From assembly GCA_964593375.1 (NCBI GenBank), contig CAZQIF010000001.1:98185-162184 (forward strand): 64,000 nt of DNA. The letters run 5' to 3'. A program made the translations under genes and the position numbers. A model generated the notes under the pieces. That model was given only the letters and a program-made list of their open reading frames with translations, did no database searches and was not told the DNA's origin. Within the stretch, counting starts at the first letter, position 1. Each line of letters begins with the position of its first letter. This DNA is from an uncultured Candidatus Saccharibacteria bacterium (GTDB lineage: Bacteria > Patescibacteriota > Minisyncoccia > Phycocordibacterales > UBA918). Of this stretch, positions 54,948 through 64,000 are shown piece by piece.

Positions 54948-56885
54948 TTAGTTGTGACCAAAATATCGTGGGAAAAGTGGTGGCATACCATCTTGAGTAC
55001 TTCCATCAGTTTCTATAGGAACCTGCGCAACTGACTCTGGCCACGGAAGTGGGAGATTACCCGTAAACGGCACATCTCCGAAAAGCACATCAGCAACTCC
55101 CTGTCCTTCACTCCCGGGAAGCCATGCCATAACGAGCGCATCCCATGATGGAACTTCGTCAGTAATGATGAGCGGTCGACCAGAAACGAGAATGACGATT
55201 ACCTTTTTGCATACAGATTTTAGTTGTCGAATTGTATTTAAATCGGGAGGACTGAGGGTTGGATTTGCATTATCACCCCACCCTTCTGCGTATGGTGCTT
55301 CACCAACAACTGCAATACCTAAATCAGCGAGTGGTGTTGTGGTACTGAAATTTCCATTTTGGTTATATTCGACAAGAACATTTTTTCCGGCGCGTGCCTT
55401 AATGCCAGAGAGAATCGAGGTGCTCTGAGGAAGCCAGTTGCCATCTATCCCCTGCCACTCAACCGTCCACGCGCCGGACTGTCTTCCAACATTATCTGCA
55501 GAACTCCCCGCAACGCGAATAGTGCGCACATTTTGTTTAATGGGCAAAATGTTTTCATCGTCTTTAAGCAGTACAAGTGATTTTTGGACTGCTTCACGTG
55601 CAAGTGCCCTATGTGCATCTCCACCAACGACACCTCCTGCAATATCGCCACTTCGCGGTTCGTCAAAAAGTCCGACTGCAAACTTAGCGCGAAGAATTCT
55701 GCGCACCGCATCATTAATACGCTCTTCTTTAACTTCACCACGTGATACAGCGCGTGACACATTCGCTATAAATGTTTGGTAATCAAACGGAAGCATGACC
55801 ATATCAACGCCCGCATTGATTGCAGTCACTGCTGCTCTGTATTCGCCTCCGGAGATTTCGTACACGCCATACCAATCTGAGACCACAAAGCCTTGAAACT
55901 TAAGTTCACCCTTGAGTACGTCGGTAATGAGATACTTTTCAGCACTCAGTTTTGTATTACCCCAACTATTGAGTCCAACCATGACACTCCCTGCACCGGC
56001 CAGAACTGCTGCTTTAAACGGCGGAAGATATTCTTGTTTGAGTGCATTTTCATTCACTTCTGTGGTTCCTTGGTCAATATGGAAATTCTTATTACTTGAG
56101 GTGTCCCACGCCATACTTCCCACACCAACATAGTGCTTTAAGGTGCTCAGTACTCTCAACGTTGAACTCCCATTATCTGAATTCTGAAGTCCTCGGACAT
56201 ATGCCGAGCCAAGCTTCGCAACAAGCGTTGGGTCATCAGAGAATGTTTCATAGGTTCTTCCCCAACGAATATCTTGCGGCATATCAAGTGTCGGCGAATA
56301 GCTCCAGTAAATTCCGGTCGCCATGAGTTCTTGTCCTGTTGCTCGAGCAACACGCTCAACAAGTTTTTCGTCTCCCGTCGCGCCGAGTCCTATCATGTGC
56401 GGAAAAATGGTTGCCTCGGTGAGATTTGAATGACCATGAATCGCATCAATGCCGTACAAGATTGGAATACCAAGACGACTCTGAAGCGACTTTTCTCTAA
56501 AGCTCGTAATCATTTCACGCCAACCCTTCACGTTGTTTTCTGTTGGTTTTGCGCCCATACCACTCAGCATTGCACCGATACCGTATGTGGTTATGTCGTC
56601 AAGAATGTGCACACTGTTTTTCTCTACAAGTACCATTTGAGCAATCTTTTCCCTAAGCGACATACGCGAGAGCAAATCCTCGACTCTGTTGTCGTCTGTG
56701 TGCGCTCCACTTCGATACAGTGCATCTTGTGGTGGCACCTCAAGCATTACCACCGGAACTATTGTTGGTGTTCTGAAATACGTTACTACAATGAATATGC
56801 TGAGAGCTAAAAAAATGACACCTACGACGAGTATGACGGGGCGCCATTTTTTAGATTTCATTTTTAGCTTTTTCACTCGTGACAT
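54948..56885 (-). CDS. Glycoside hydrolase family 3 (beta-glucosidase / beta-N-acetylhexosaminidase-like), membrane-anchored
   Basis: GIPILYGIDAIHGHS, KHYVGVG and GFVVSDW, the last containing the catalytic Asp, are present. Confidence 0.85.
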   Translation of the reverse strand: MSRVKKLKMKSKKWRPVILVVGVIFLALSIFIVVTYFRTPTIVPVVMLEVPPQDALYRSGAHTDDNRVEDLLSRMSLREKIAQMVLVEKNSVHILDDITTYGIGAMLSGMGAKPTENNVKGWREMITSFREKSLQSRLGIPILYGIDAIHGHSNLTEATIFPHMIGLGATGDEKLVERVARATGQELMATGIYWSYSPTLDMPQDIRWGRTYETFSDDPTLVAKLGSAYVRGLQNSDNGSSTLRVLSTLKHYVGVGSMAWDTSSNKNFHIDQGTTEVNENALKQEYLPPFKAAVLAGAGSVMVGLNSWGNTKLSAEKYLITDVLKGELKFQGFVVSDWYGVYEISGGEYRAAVTAINAGVDMVMLPFDYQTFIANVSRAVSRGEVKEERINDAVRRILRAKFAVGLFDEPRSGDIAGGVVGGDAHRALAREAVQKSLVLLKDDENILPIKQNVRTIRVAGSSADNVGRQSGAWTVEWQGIDGNWLPQSTSILSGIKARAGKNVLVEYNQNGNFSTTTPLADLGIAVVGEAPYAEGWGDNANPTLSPPDLNTIRQLKSVCKKVIVILVSGRPLIITDEVPSWDALVMAWLPGSEGQGVADVLFGDVPFTGNLPLPWPESVAQVPIETDGSTQDGMPPLFPRYFGHN

Positions 56886-56922
56886 CTTCCTACTATTGTA
56901 GCAAGCGAAAATCGAGATATCA

Positions 56923-57351
56923 CTAGTTTATGCATGATTTAGCCTTGAAAAAGTCCATAGCACTCGGCGTAGCCCCTGCTTTAATTTCGGCTACGCGCGC
57001 TACTCCGAGCTTCCCTTCGAAACAGGTAACCTGCGATGGACTAATTGATGCAGGAATAGTCGAAGGATCAATACCAAGTGCACTCAGTGCTGATTTTTGG
57101 GAGTCTGAGAGGTTAATGGGGATACTTTCTGATGCAGAGGTTGAAGTGGTGGTAGTTGTTCCAGTATTTGTATGTGTGTTTGTTGGCGTAACCGTTGTTA
57201 CCTCTGCTTTTGGTGTCCCTGATGAAAATGGTGTTGACATCATGCCAAGCGAGATAGCGAGATAGAATCCTATCCCCACAAGAATAAGTGCAAGAAAAAT
57301 TATACCGAGCGAAATGAAAGTGATTGAAACTGGTTTATTCATAGTACCCAT
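56923..57351 (-). CDS. Hypothetical membrane-anchored Thr-rich protein
   Basis: A TM anchor followed by a poly-Thr linker. Confidence 0.4.
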   Translation of the reverse strand: MGTMNKPVSITFISLGIIFLALILVGIGFYLAISLGMMSTPFSSGTPKAEVTTVTPTNTHTNTGTTTTTSTSASESIPINLSDSQKSALSALGIDPSTIPASISPSQVTCFEGKLGVARVAEIKAGATPSAMDFFKAKSCIN

Positions 57352-57440
57352 AGAGCCGTTCTTTAATGGAAATCATTTCACATAGCTGTTTTCTTCTGAA
57401 AAGGTAGTATTTAAAAAAATTATTGAACTTTTGAAGTGAG

Positions 57441-57611
57441 TTATGAACCAACCACATGCGGTTGAATGAGCTGAAAAATAAATCCAAGTGTTCCGAGAAT
57501 AAACGTAGCAATTGCAAACACAATGATGCTTGCGGTTGCACTTCCATCTTTGAATATTTTTCTGAATATCGTGTATGAAAGTCCAGATTCGAGTATAGTT
57601 TGTTGTTTCAT
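57441..57611 (-). CDS. Possible small single-TM protein (56 aa; not in the supplied ORF list)
   Basis: Translated manually as MKQQTILESGLSYTIFRKIFKDGSATASIIVFAIATFILGTLGFIFQLIQPHVVGS. Confidence 0.25.
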   Translation of the reverse strand: MKQQTILESGLSYTIFRKIFKDGSATASIIVFAIATFILGTLGFIFQLIQPHVVGS

Positions 57612-57707
57612 ATAAATAAATATTACTTGTATAAACCTTCACACTTTTCCCATAGCGTGAGAATGAAGCGAGCTTTTAAATACCTTCCTCAAACTTTTCT
57701 TGTTCAT

Positions 57708-57953
57708 CTAACGAAGCGCTTTCACGATTGCAATGAGTACTACTGCCCCAAAAAGTGCAACAATGAAGCTGTAGAGATTAAAACCACTCACTCCCCCCTG
57801 TCCCATAACACTCATGAGCCAACCACCCACAACTGCACCAACAATGCCAATTACAATATTGAGTATTGCTCCTTGCTGTCCGTCTGTTTTCATGATGAGC
57901 GATGCAATCCAACCGACGAGCGCACCAAAGACAATCCATAAAATGAATCCCAT
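57708..57953 (-). CDS. GlsB/YeaQ/YmgE family (transglycosylase-associated) membrane protein
   Basis: Gly-rich TM repeats, GALVGWIAS and GAVVGGWL. Confidence 0.8.
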   Translation of the reverse strand: MGFILWIVFGALVGWIASLIMKTDGQQGAILNIVIGIVGAVVGGWLMSVMGQGGVSGFNLYSFIVALFGAVVLIAIVKALR

Positions 57954-57997
57954 ATAAATATGTATTAGGTTTTTATAACGTTAGTAACGTTTGTACA

Positions 57998-58357
57998 TCA
58001 CACCCCTTCTTGTTCATTAAGTTTAATCGCAGCCTCTTTTGTTGAAACACTTTTGCTCATGAGAAGTAACTCAGTAATTCCAAGTGCAATAAGCCAGTAC
58101 ACAAACATAGCGAGAAGCGTTGTCCACTCAAAGACATTCCCCTCCACTTGTGAGACGCGGAAGACTGAAATAAATGGAGCGACGAGTGGCGAAGAAATAC
58201 TGTAGACAAACTCAGTGAAACCTGCGTTTGGATTTCCTGCAAACAGCTTAAGGAAAAATCTGAACATGAGTAATACTTCGAGCACTCCGAATATGTACCA
58301 CAGAATCTGCGTCGCCCTAAAGATTGGCTTGGTCGTTTGTGAGTTGTATGAATCCAT
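57998..58357 (-). CDS. YggT family membrane protein
   Basis: WYIFGVLEVLLMFRFFLKLF matches the YGGT pattern. Confidence 0.7.
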   Translation of the reverse strand: MDSYNSQTTKPIFRATQILWYIFGVLEVLLMFRFFLKLFAGNPNAGFTEFVYSISSPLVAPFISVFRVSQVEGNVFEWTTLLAMFVYWLIALGITELLLMSKSVSTKEAAIKLNEQEGV

Positions 58358-58670
58358 ATACGCTATGCCGATAGTCTCAGTGAATCATTACACTTCTCCC
58401 GCTTACCTTATTTCTGTGGTATAGTTGGTATTCAAGCATAACTCACCGCAGTCACCATATTGTCACCACACTGCAACAAAGCCAGAACCTACGCATCCAA
58501 ATGAGGGCTTATTACAAATAGATTTTTGAAACCCGTACGGGGTTTGTAATATGTTTGTAACGAATCCTGTTTCGTACGGCTTTATATACATAGGTACTCC
58601 TACTGGAGGCGGGCTAGAAAGTCTCAATAGAATTCGGTACTACGATATTACTCATTAGTACCGACCACAT

Positions 58671-59204
58671 ATGCAAACAAGCATTATGACAAAAAAAGAA
58701 ACAGCAACATTACAGTCCGAGCTAACCGTAGCGCATCATGACTACGAGCACGGTCTTAATGCACGAGCGCTTTTCAAAGTCCAAAATCAAGCAACAAGCG
58801 AAGATTTAGTGCAGGTGACGTTTATGAAAACGTGGGTCTACCTCGCAAAAGGAGGAAAAATAGACATTATGAAGGCATTTCTCCACCATGTTTTGAATGG
58901 TCTTATTATTGACGAATATCGTAAGAGAAAAACAACATCGCTCGACAGTTTGCTCGAGAAAGGTTTTGAGCCAAGTTATGACAACAACGAACGTACACTC
59001 GATGTATTTGACGGAAAAATTGCGATTGACTTAATCAATCACCTTCCTAAAAAGTATCAAAAGGTAATGCGCATGCGCTATGTGCAAGAACTCACCCTTA
59101 AAGAAATGTCACTCATAACGGGGCAGTCAAAAAACACCATTGCAGTGCAAGCGCACCGAGGACTTGAGAAAATGAAGGAACTGTATATGAACGAAACGAG
59201 GTAA
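58671..59204 (+). CDS. ECF-type RNA polymerase sigma factor (sigma-70 family)
   Basis: Region 2 EDLVQVTFMKTW and region 4 ELTLKEMSLITGQSKNTIAVQAHRGLEKM are present. Confidence 0.8.
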   Translation: MQTSIMTKKETATLQSELTVAHHDYEHGLNARALFKVQNQATSEDLVQVTFMKTWVYLAKGGKIDIMKAFLHHVLNGLIIDEYRKRKTTSLDSLLEKGFEPSYDNNERTLDVFDGKIAIDLINHLPKKYQKVMRMRYVQELTLKEMSLITGQSKNTIAVQAHRGLEKMKELYMNETR

Positions 59205-59221
59205 CTTAGGTAGTGCGCTAA

Positions 59222-59262
59222 AACGCCGGCACATTTCCTTCGGAAATGTGCCGGCGTTTTGA
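59222..59262. terminator. Bidirectional intrinsic terminator aaaacgccggcacatttccttcggaaatgtgccggcgtttt
   Basis: A perfect 16-bp stem flanked by A and T runs. Confidence 0.85.
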
Positions 59263-59275
59263 TGTGAAATGGGTA

Positions 59276-60568
59276 CTACTCTATACTTTGCCACATGTTG
59301 CTCTGTCGAACGAGGAGTTCCTCCTTCTTTTCTGGTTCGAGCATAATCTCTTCAACAATGCGTTCTGCGCGAATAGATTGTGAACCCTTAATGAGAAGCG
59401 CGTCACCGGGCTTAATAATTGACTCTATTTCTCTGCGCGCACTCTCAGTGTCATCATATTGCAAAATATTTCGTTCATCCATGCCGTATTCAAGTGCACC
59501 CTTTGCGTATCCACGTGCGCGAACACCAATGGTTATAAGTAAGTCAACCGAAGCACCGGCAAGTCGTCCGATTCGCTCATGTTCTTTAATTGAAAACTGT
59601 CCAAGCTCCATCATGTCACCAAGTATCGCAATCCTGCGCTGAACACCTTTCAGTTCCTTAATGGTCTGGAGTGATTGCTCAGTTGCAACCGGCGATGCAT
59701 TATATGTATCATCAATAATGAGTGTGTTTTTTATTCCATCAAGGAGTCTCATGCGCCCTGGGGGTGGAATGTGTAAACGAAGTGCATCATCTACTTCATC
59801 AATACTGATATTAAAAATTGAACCGACTGCAGCTGCAGCTGCATAATTGTACGCATGTTGCACACCGAGTGATCCGGTGACACGCATTATTTTGGCAGTA
59901 TTAAGGTGTGTGAGCGTAAATTCAAAACCAATTGCTTTTCCGTTTTCGTACACCACTCTATCCGCTGATGCGGTGTATGGTGAAAGTGAGTAGCGACTGT
60001 ACCCGATTGATTGCTGTAACGTCCCCTCGGCTACTGCCATCACTTGTGCATCGTCTTGGTTGTAAACGAGTACTCCTTCAGATTTCAGCGCCTTTACCAG
60101 TTTTACCTTTTCTTCGCTCACCTGCTCAGGTGATTCGAAATATTCAACATGTACTGGCACATCAGGAAGACGCGTGAGGACGACTATATCGGGCTTAATC
60201 CATGAGGTAAGTCTATCCATGTCCCCGGGGCGGTCAACACCCATTTCGAGAATAAGTAGTTTTGGATAATCGTGCGGATGTATTGCGAAAAGCCCACCAT
60301 CAATGATGTTTTTTACCCAATGAAACGGATTATTCCAGGCATTTGAAAGTCCGAGGACCGTGAGCGCGACACCAATATCTGAATTAAAACTCTTTTCACT
60401 TTTTCGTGTATACAGGTGACTCTTGCACACGGTATAGATGGCATCTTTCACTGATGTCTTCCCTACACTTCCCGTGACCGCAACAATAATAGGCTTAGTT
60501 CGCTTGAGGAGAATTTTTGCCTCAAACGTCATAATGCTTACAATAATTTTTTTGAAGATTGTTTTCAC
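59276..60568 (-). CDS. murF: UDP-N-acetylmuramoyl-tripeptide--D-alanyl-D-alanine ligase
   Basis: VAVTGSVGKTS and DDTYNASP motifs are present. Confidence 0.9.
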   Translation of the reverse strand: MKTIFKKIIVSIMTFEAKILLKRTKPIIVAVTGSVGKTSVKDAIYTVCKSHLYTRKSEKSFNSDIGVALTVLGLSNAWNNPFHWVKNIIDGGLFAIHPHDYPKLLILEMGVDRPGDMDRLTSWIKPDIVVLTRLPDVPVHVEYFESPEQVSEEKVKLVKALKSEGVLVYNQDDAQVMAVAEGTLQQSIGYSRYSLSPYTASADRVVYENGKAIGFEFTLTHLNTAKIMRVTGSLGVQHAYNYAAAAAVGSIFNISIDEVDDALRLHIPPPGRMRLLDGIKNTLIIDDTYNASPVATEQSLQTIKELKGVQRRIAILGDMMELGQFSIKEHERIGRLAGASVDLLITIGVRARGYAKGALEYGMDERNILQYDDTESARREIESIIKPGDALLIKGSQSIRAERIVEEIMLEPEKKEELLVRQSNMWQSIE

Positions 60569-60591
60569 AGAAAATTTAATATCGTCTGGTT

Positions 60592-62301
60592 TTATCTGTC
60601 AGGCGGAATACTGTAGTAATTTATCAGAAAATGGGTTAAATCCATGAAAGGGTCAGTGAGTGTCTCAGACGCATAGCTTACCCCCTTCGGCTCAACAGTA
60701 TACAGGAAAATGAGGAATTTAGGGTCATAGGCAGGAAAATAGCCAAAAAACGAGTGTAAATAGCGGTCGTCATAGTACTTTTTTGTTTCAGGATCAGAAA
60801 TTTGGGCAGTCCCTGTTTTGGCAGCAATAGAGTAATGCTCCATAGCAACCGTGCCGTGCTTAAGTGCCTTATCAACGACCGTCACAAGCATGCGCGTGAT
60901 TTCTTCACTGGTCTCTTTGCTAAATACCTGTTCTCCCGGAGGAAAACCGACTTCATGTTCTTTGCCATTTAGGTGCAGAGTGCGCTGTACAATATGCGGT
61001 GTTATGAGTACGCCACCGTTTGCGAGCGTTGCGAGTGCCCGAGTTGTTGCAATTGGGGTGAGGGCAATTCCTTGTCCGAACGATGCGGTCGCATACTCAA
61101 CATCGCGTGGGCTTTTCAAGTTTTCAACAAGTCCATGCCCTTCACTTGGCAAATCGATACCTGTCTCAGTACCAAGTTTGAGCTTCGTAAAGTAATCACG
61201 AAATGTATCCTTTCCCATTGTTTTAACCACGTGCGCAACACCGGTATTGAGAGATTGATTGAGTACTTCTTGCATACTCACCGTTCCGCGCCCACGTCCA
61301 TCAAAATTCTTAATCGTGTAATCATCGAGGTCAATGTATCCTGCATCATAGTATGTCGACGATGGCGTAACCGCGCCTGAATCGAGCCCAGAAGCCATCG
61401 TGAGCGCTTTAATAATTGAACCCATTTCATATACATTTTCAACGAGCGGATTTGAAAAAGTTGCAATGTCAACTTCTGATTTATTGTTTAAATCAAACGA
61501 AGGAGCGATTGAGAGTGCATACACTTCACCCGTGTTTGGATCCATAATGATGCCACCGGTGAGGGTACTTTGATACTTTTCGTTAACTGCCTCAAGTGTT
61601 TTATCGAGTGTTCGTGCAACCGTTGGCTCAATTGAGGTAATAATGTCACCTTGTTCATCATCTTTTTTATCAAAAACTACTGTACTGAAGTTACTAAAAA
61701 TTTCAGCAAAGAAATTTACAAAAAGACGCTCTTCATCACGGACGAGCGTGTCTTCATAGTACCGCTCAAGACCGTACTTTCCGACAAGTTCATTTTCTTG
61801 GTAGCCAATAAAGCCGATGGTGCGTGCAGCGAGTGAATTACCTGGGTAATAGCGCCACTGGTTTCGATAAAGACCAATGCCTTTCAGTTTTAATACCTCA
61901 ATTTTATCTGCATCAGCTGTTGATACCTGACGATTAATTTCTTGATACGTTTTTTCTTTCTTGTTTGCACGTAAGGCAAAGTCTTCCTTATCAATAGGAA
62001 GAATTGCATTCAGGGCAGAGTATGTGGCTTCGACATCAGTGATGCGTGTCGGGTCAATGGCGAGTAAATAGCCAGTTTGCATCGTTGCTGCTGAAACTTT
62101 TTCACCATCCTTTGTCTGAAGGAAAATACTACCTCGTTTATAGAGTTCACGAACCGTATGAACGTACTGATTCTCTGCCTCTGCACGATACTTTTCGCCC
62201 TCGAGCACCTGAATCTGGTACAGTCTACCAATAAGAATACAAACGAAGAGTATAATGACCCAAGTTAGAAAACGTATCTTTTGTACTGCACTTTTTCTCA
62301 T
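60592..62301 (-). CDS. ftsI: Penicillin-binding protein 2 / FtsI (peptidoglycan D,D-transpeptidase)
   Basis: An N-terminal TM segment, SxxK in GSIIKALT, and KTG in AKTGTAQ. It sits within the dcw context. Confidence 0.9.
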   Translation of the reverse strand: MRKSAVQKIRFLTWVIILFVCILIGRLYQIQVLEGEKYRAEAENQYVHTVRELYKRGSIFLQTKDGEKVSAATMQTGYLLAIDPTRITDVEATYSALNAILPIDKEDFALRANKKEKTYQEINRQVSTADADKIEVLKLKGIGLYRNQWRYYPGNSLAARTIGFIGYQENELVGKYGLERYYEDTLVRDEERLFVNFFAEIFSNFSTVVFDKKDDEQGDIITSIEPTVARTLDKTLEAVNEKYQSTLTGGIIMDPNTGEVYALSIAPSFDLNNKSEVDIATFSNPLVENVYEMGSIIKALTMASGLDSGAVTPSSTYYDAGYIDLDDYTIKNFDGRGRGTVSMQEVLNQSLNTGVAHVVKTMGKDTFRDYFTKLKLGTETGIDLPSEGHGLVENLKSPRDVEYATASFGQGIALTPIATTRALATLANGGVLITPHIVQRTLHLNGKEHEVGFPPGEQVFSKETSEEITRMLVTVVDKALKHGTVAMEHYSIAAKTGTAQISDPETKKYYDDRYLHSFFGYFPAYDPKFLIFLYTVEPKGVSYASETLTDPFMDLTHFLINYYSIPPDR

Positions 62302-62304
62302 TCA

Positions 62305-62628
62305 TCAGCTTTCGTTATTCTTAGATAATGCAACGGTAGGTTCTACTGGTTCTATAAAAATTTTTGCGCTCGTAAAAATATAGCCGTGCATCGAGGCGAT
62401 GTCGGCGCTTACTTTGTGCTGGGCATTTATATACTGTGATTCAAGTTCACCAATACTTGAACTAAGTGAGGTGATTTCTTGATTGAGCTCTTTGCGCATA
62501 ACAACATGCGCAACCGATGCGCATAAAAAGTACGTGTAGCAGGATGCAGACAATATCACACAAGTGATAGCAAAAATAAGCCATCGTCGCTCATCTTTAT
62601 ATAATTCTGTGTTTGTATACCTAGCCAT
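62305..62628 (-). CDS. ftsL: FtsL-like cell division protein
   Basis: A small protein with one TM helix and a coiled coil, placed between rsmH and ftsI with overlapping stop and start. Confidence 0.6.
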   Translation of the reverse strand: MARYTNTELYKDERRWLIFAITCVILSASCYTYFLCASVAHVVMRKELNQEITSLSSSIGELESQYINAQHKVSADIASMHGYIFTSAKIFIEPVEPTVALSKNNES

Positions 62629-63520
62629 GTTTTTCTAAAATTCGAAGTTTCGCGCTTCGTGATCGTCGATTTTCTTTTTGTTCCTCTCGTGTGGGTGTTA
62701 ATGGCTTCTTAGTGATAATCGTGCCGATTCCGGCCTCCTGTATTGCTTTAAATGCGTGTTTTACGATACGGTCTTCAATGCTGTGAAAAGTGATGATGGC
62801 GAGTCGTCCGCCAGGGGCAAGTCTTCCGACTGATTTTTCTATAAATTCGCGAAGTGCATCAAGTTCGTCGTTTACCGTGATGCGGAGTGCTTGAAAGGAC
62901 TTTGTTGCTGGGTGTGTTTTCCCATTTCGATACACTCCTGGGACAGCGTTTTTAATTATCTCTGCAAGCTCCCGTGAACTCTCTATGGGCGCTCGCTCTC
63001 GTTCAAGAACAATTGCGTTTGCAATCCTGCGGTAGTATCGCTCCTCACCGTACCCTTTTAAGACATTTTGGATATCCTCTTCTCTCCAATCGTTCACGAT
63101 ATCTCGTGCCGTGAATGGATAGAGTTCAGAATCTCCAAACGTCATGATAAGTGGCTCATCAACTGCAAATGAGAATCCCTTCCCATTCCCCGAGAACTGC
63201 TCAATTCTCCATCCGAGGTCGGCGAGTATGCCGTCTACCTCTTTTATTCCGAGTTCTTCGAGTACTGTGTCAATGTTCCTAAAGTTTGCCACCTTAAGGT
63301 GTACTGTGGCTTCGGTCGTGAGATGCCCTAGCTGTTTAATCGCAGTGCTATCTGCATCTAAACCAACAAAGCATCCAGACTTCGAAAGCTTGGACACTAT
63401 ATATTGAGTATGACCTCCGCTCCCTACTGTGGCGTCCAGAACGGTCGAGTCTGGTGATATGCGAAGTGCATCGACTGCTTCGTTTCTGAATACAGTTATG
63501 TGTTGTTCCATATTGCTCAT
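62621..63520 (-). CDS. rsmH: 16S rRNA (cytosine1402-N4)-methyltransferase RsmH (MraW)
   Basis: DATVGSGGHT and a MraW-like body. Confidence 0.95.
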   Translation of the reverse strand: MSNMEQHITVFRNEAVDALRISPDSTVLDATVGSGGHTQYIVSKLSKSGCFVGLDADSTAIKQLGHLTTEATVHLKVANFRNIDTVLEELGIKEVDGILADLGWRIEQFSGNGKGFSFAVDEPLIMTFGDSELYPFTARDIVNDWREEDIQNVLKGYGEERYYRRIANAIVLERERAPIESSRELAEIIKNAVPGVYRNGKTHPATKSFQALRITVNDELDALREFIEKSVGRLAPGGRLAIITFHSIEDRIVKHAFKAIQEAGIGTIITKKPLTPTREEQKENRRSRSAKLRILEKHG

Positions 63521-63522
63521 TC

Positions 63523-63960
63523 TTAAAGGATGCCGATCTCACCGAGCTTCTCTGCCAAGGCATCTGCTTGATTTTCAATACGGCGCTTGTATTCAATCCA
63601 CTGATTCTCTCCCCAAATTTCTATACGATTATAGATACCTGCAAGTACAATTTTTCCCTCTTGTAGTCTTGCAAATTCTTTTAAGAAATCCGGAACAAGA
63701 ATTCGTCCGACGCTATCCACCTCCACCTCGACTGCTCCCGAAAGGAAGAATCGATTGAACCCTCTTGTGTCCGCCTGTCCGAGTGGGAGTTGACCAATCT
63801 TTTCAGTGATCTTCTCCCACTCTTTGAGCGGATATACAAAGAGACAATTATCAAGTCCTCGAGTAACCACAAGGCTCTTACCAAGTTCCTTCCTCCACTT
63901 TGAAGGTAAGGACAGCCGTTTCTTGGCATCGATATTGTGTGTGTACTCTCCAATCAGCAT
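63523..63960 (-). CDS. mraZ: Transcriptional regulator MraZ
   Basis: Duplicated DxxxR-type halves, with NIDAKKRLSLPSKWR in the first. Confidence 0.9.
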   Translation of the reverse strand: MLIGEYTHNIDAKKRLSLPSKWRKELGKSLVVTRGLDNCLFVYPLKEWEKITEKIGQLPLGQADTRGFNRFFLSGAVEVEVDSVGRILVPDFLKEFARLQEGKIVLAGIYNRIEIWGENQWIEYKRRIENQADALAEKLGEIGIL

Positions 63961-64000
63961 GTGAATGATTGATGAACTTGATGTTGATAACTATTTTCAT

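Noticed and set aside
1-64000. CRISPR arrays and rRNA genes
   Set aside because: There are no regularly spaced short direct repeats with unique spacers. The tandem repeats seen (7-mer x4 at 17099-17128 and 21-mer x2 at 17799-17840) are too short or too irregular. No rRNA-like conserved stretches were found.

Overview
This 64-kb window reads as a gene-dense, small-genome bacterial chromosome of about 45% GC that uses the standard genetic code. Typical genes are short, several carry N-terminal membrane anchors, and a large surface protein ends in a peptidoglycan-binding domain. I take this to indicate a CPR/Patescibacteria-like organism, but that is inference only. The core content is housekeeping. 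The dcw cell-wall cluster is split, with mraY-ftsW-murG on the plus strand at 3-6.3 kb and mraZ-rsmH-ftsL-ftsI-murF on the minus strand at 59-64 kb. Other housekeeping genes include scpAB, gltX, cysS, dnaB, recR, truB, rmuC, pgi, murI, ung, rpmA, rplI, rplU, ctpA, corA, plsC and a tRNA-Glu(CTC). The accessory features are listed below.

- **Structured repeat family.** At least five copies of a roughly 90-200 nt repeat carry several hairpins. One pair brackets an 890-bp insertion with a small ORF between scpA and scpB.
- **Candidate stand-alone ncRNA.** A roughly 265-nt transcript sits between a consensus sigma70-like promoter and an intrinsic terminator, upstream of ung.
- **Acyl-carrier operon.** A minus-strand operon encodes a phosphopantetheinyl transferase, an acyl-carrier-like protein and a LuxI/FeeM-like GNAT acyltransferase. 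It is followed by a methyltransferase, two tandem membrane-anchored SGNH hydrolases and a ThiF(E1)-like / two-domain nitroreductase pair.
- **tRNA-Glu integration hotspot.** The tRNA-Glu locus is littered with pseudo-tRNA fragments in both orientations and a 65-nt cloverleaf-like insert. A 30-bp direct repeat containing the tRNA 3' end brackets a GNAT gene.
- **hicBA cassette.** A hicB-hicA toxin-antitoxin cassette is bracketed by roughly 100-bp direct repeats that correspond to the 3' end of a ferredoxin gene.
- **IS1-like element.** A roughly 1-kb insertion sequence has 24-bp terminal inverted repeats. Its InsA-type zinc finger lies out of frame at an A7 run.
- **Small-gene islet.** Four small unknown genes are punctuated by two kinds of recurring hairpin.

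No CRISPR array and no rRNA were seen.
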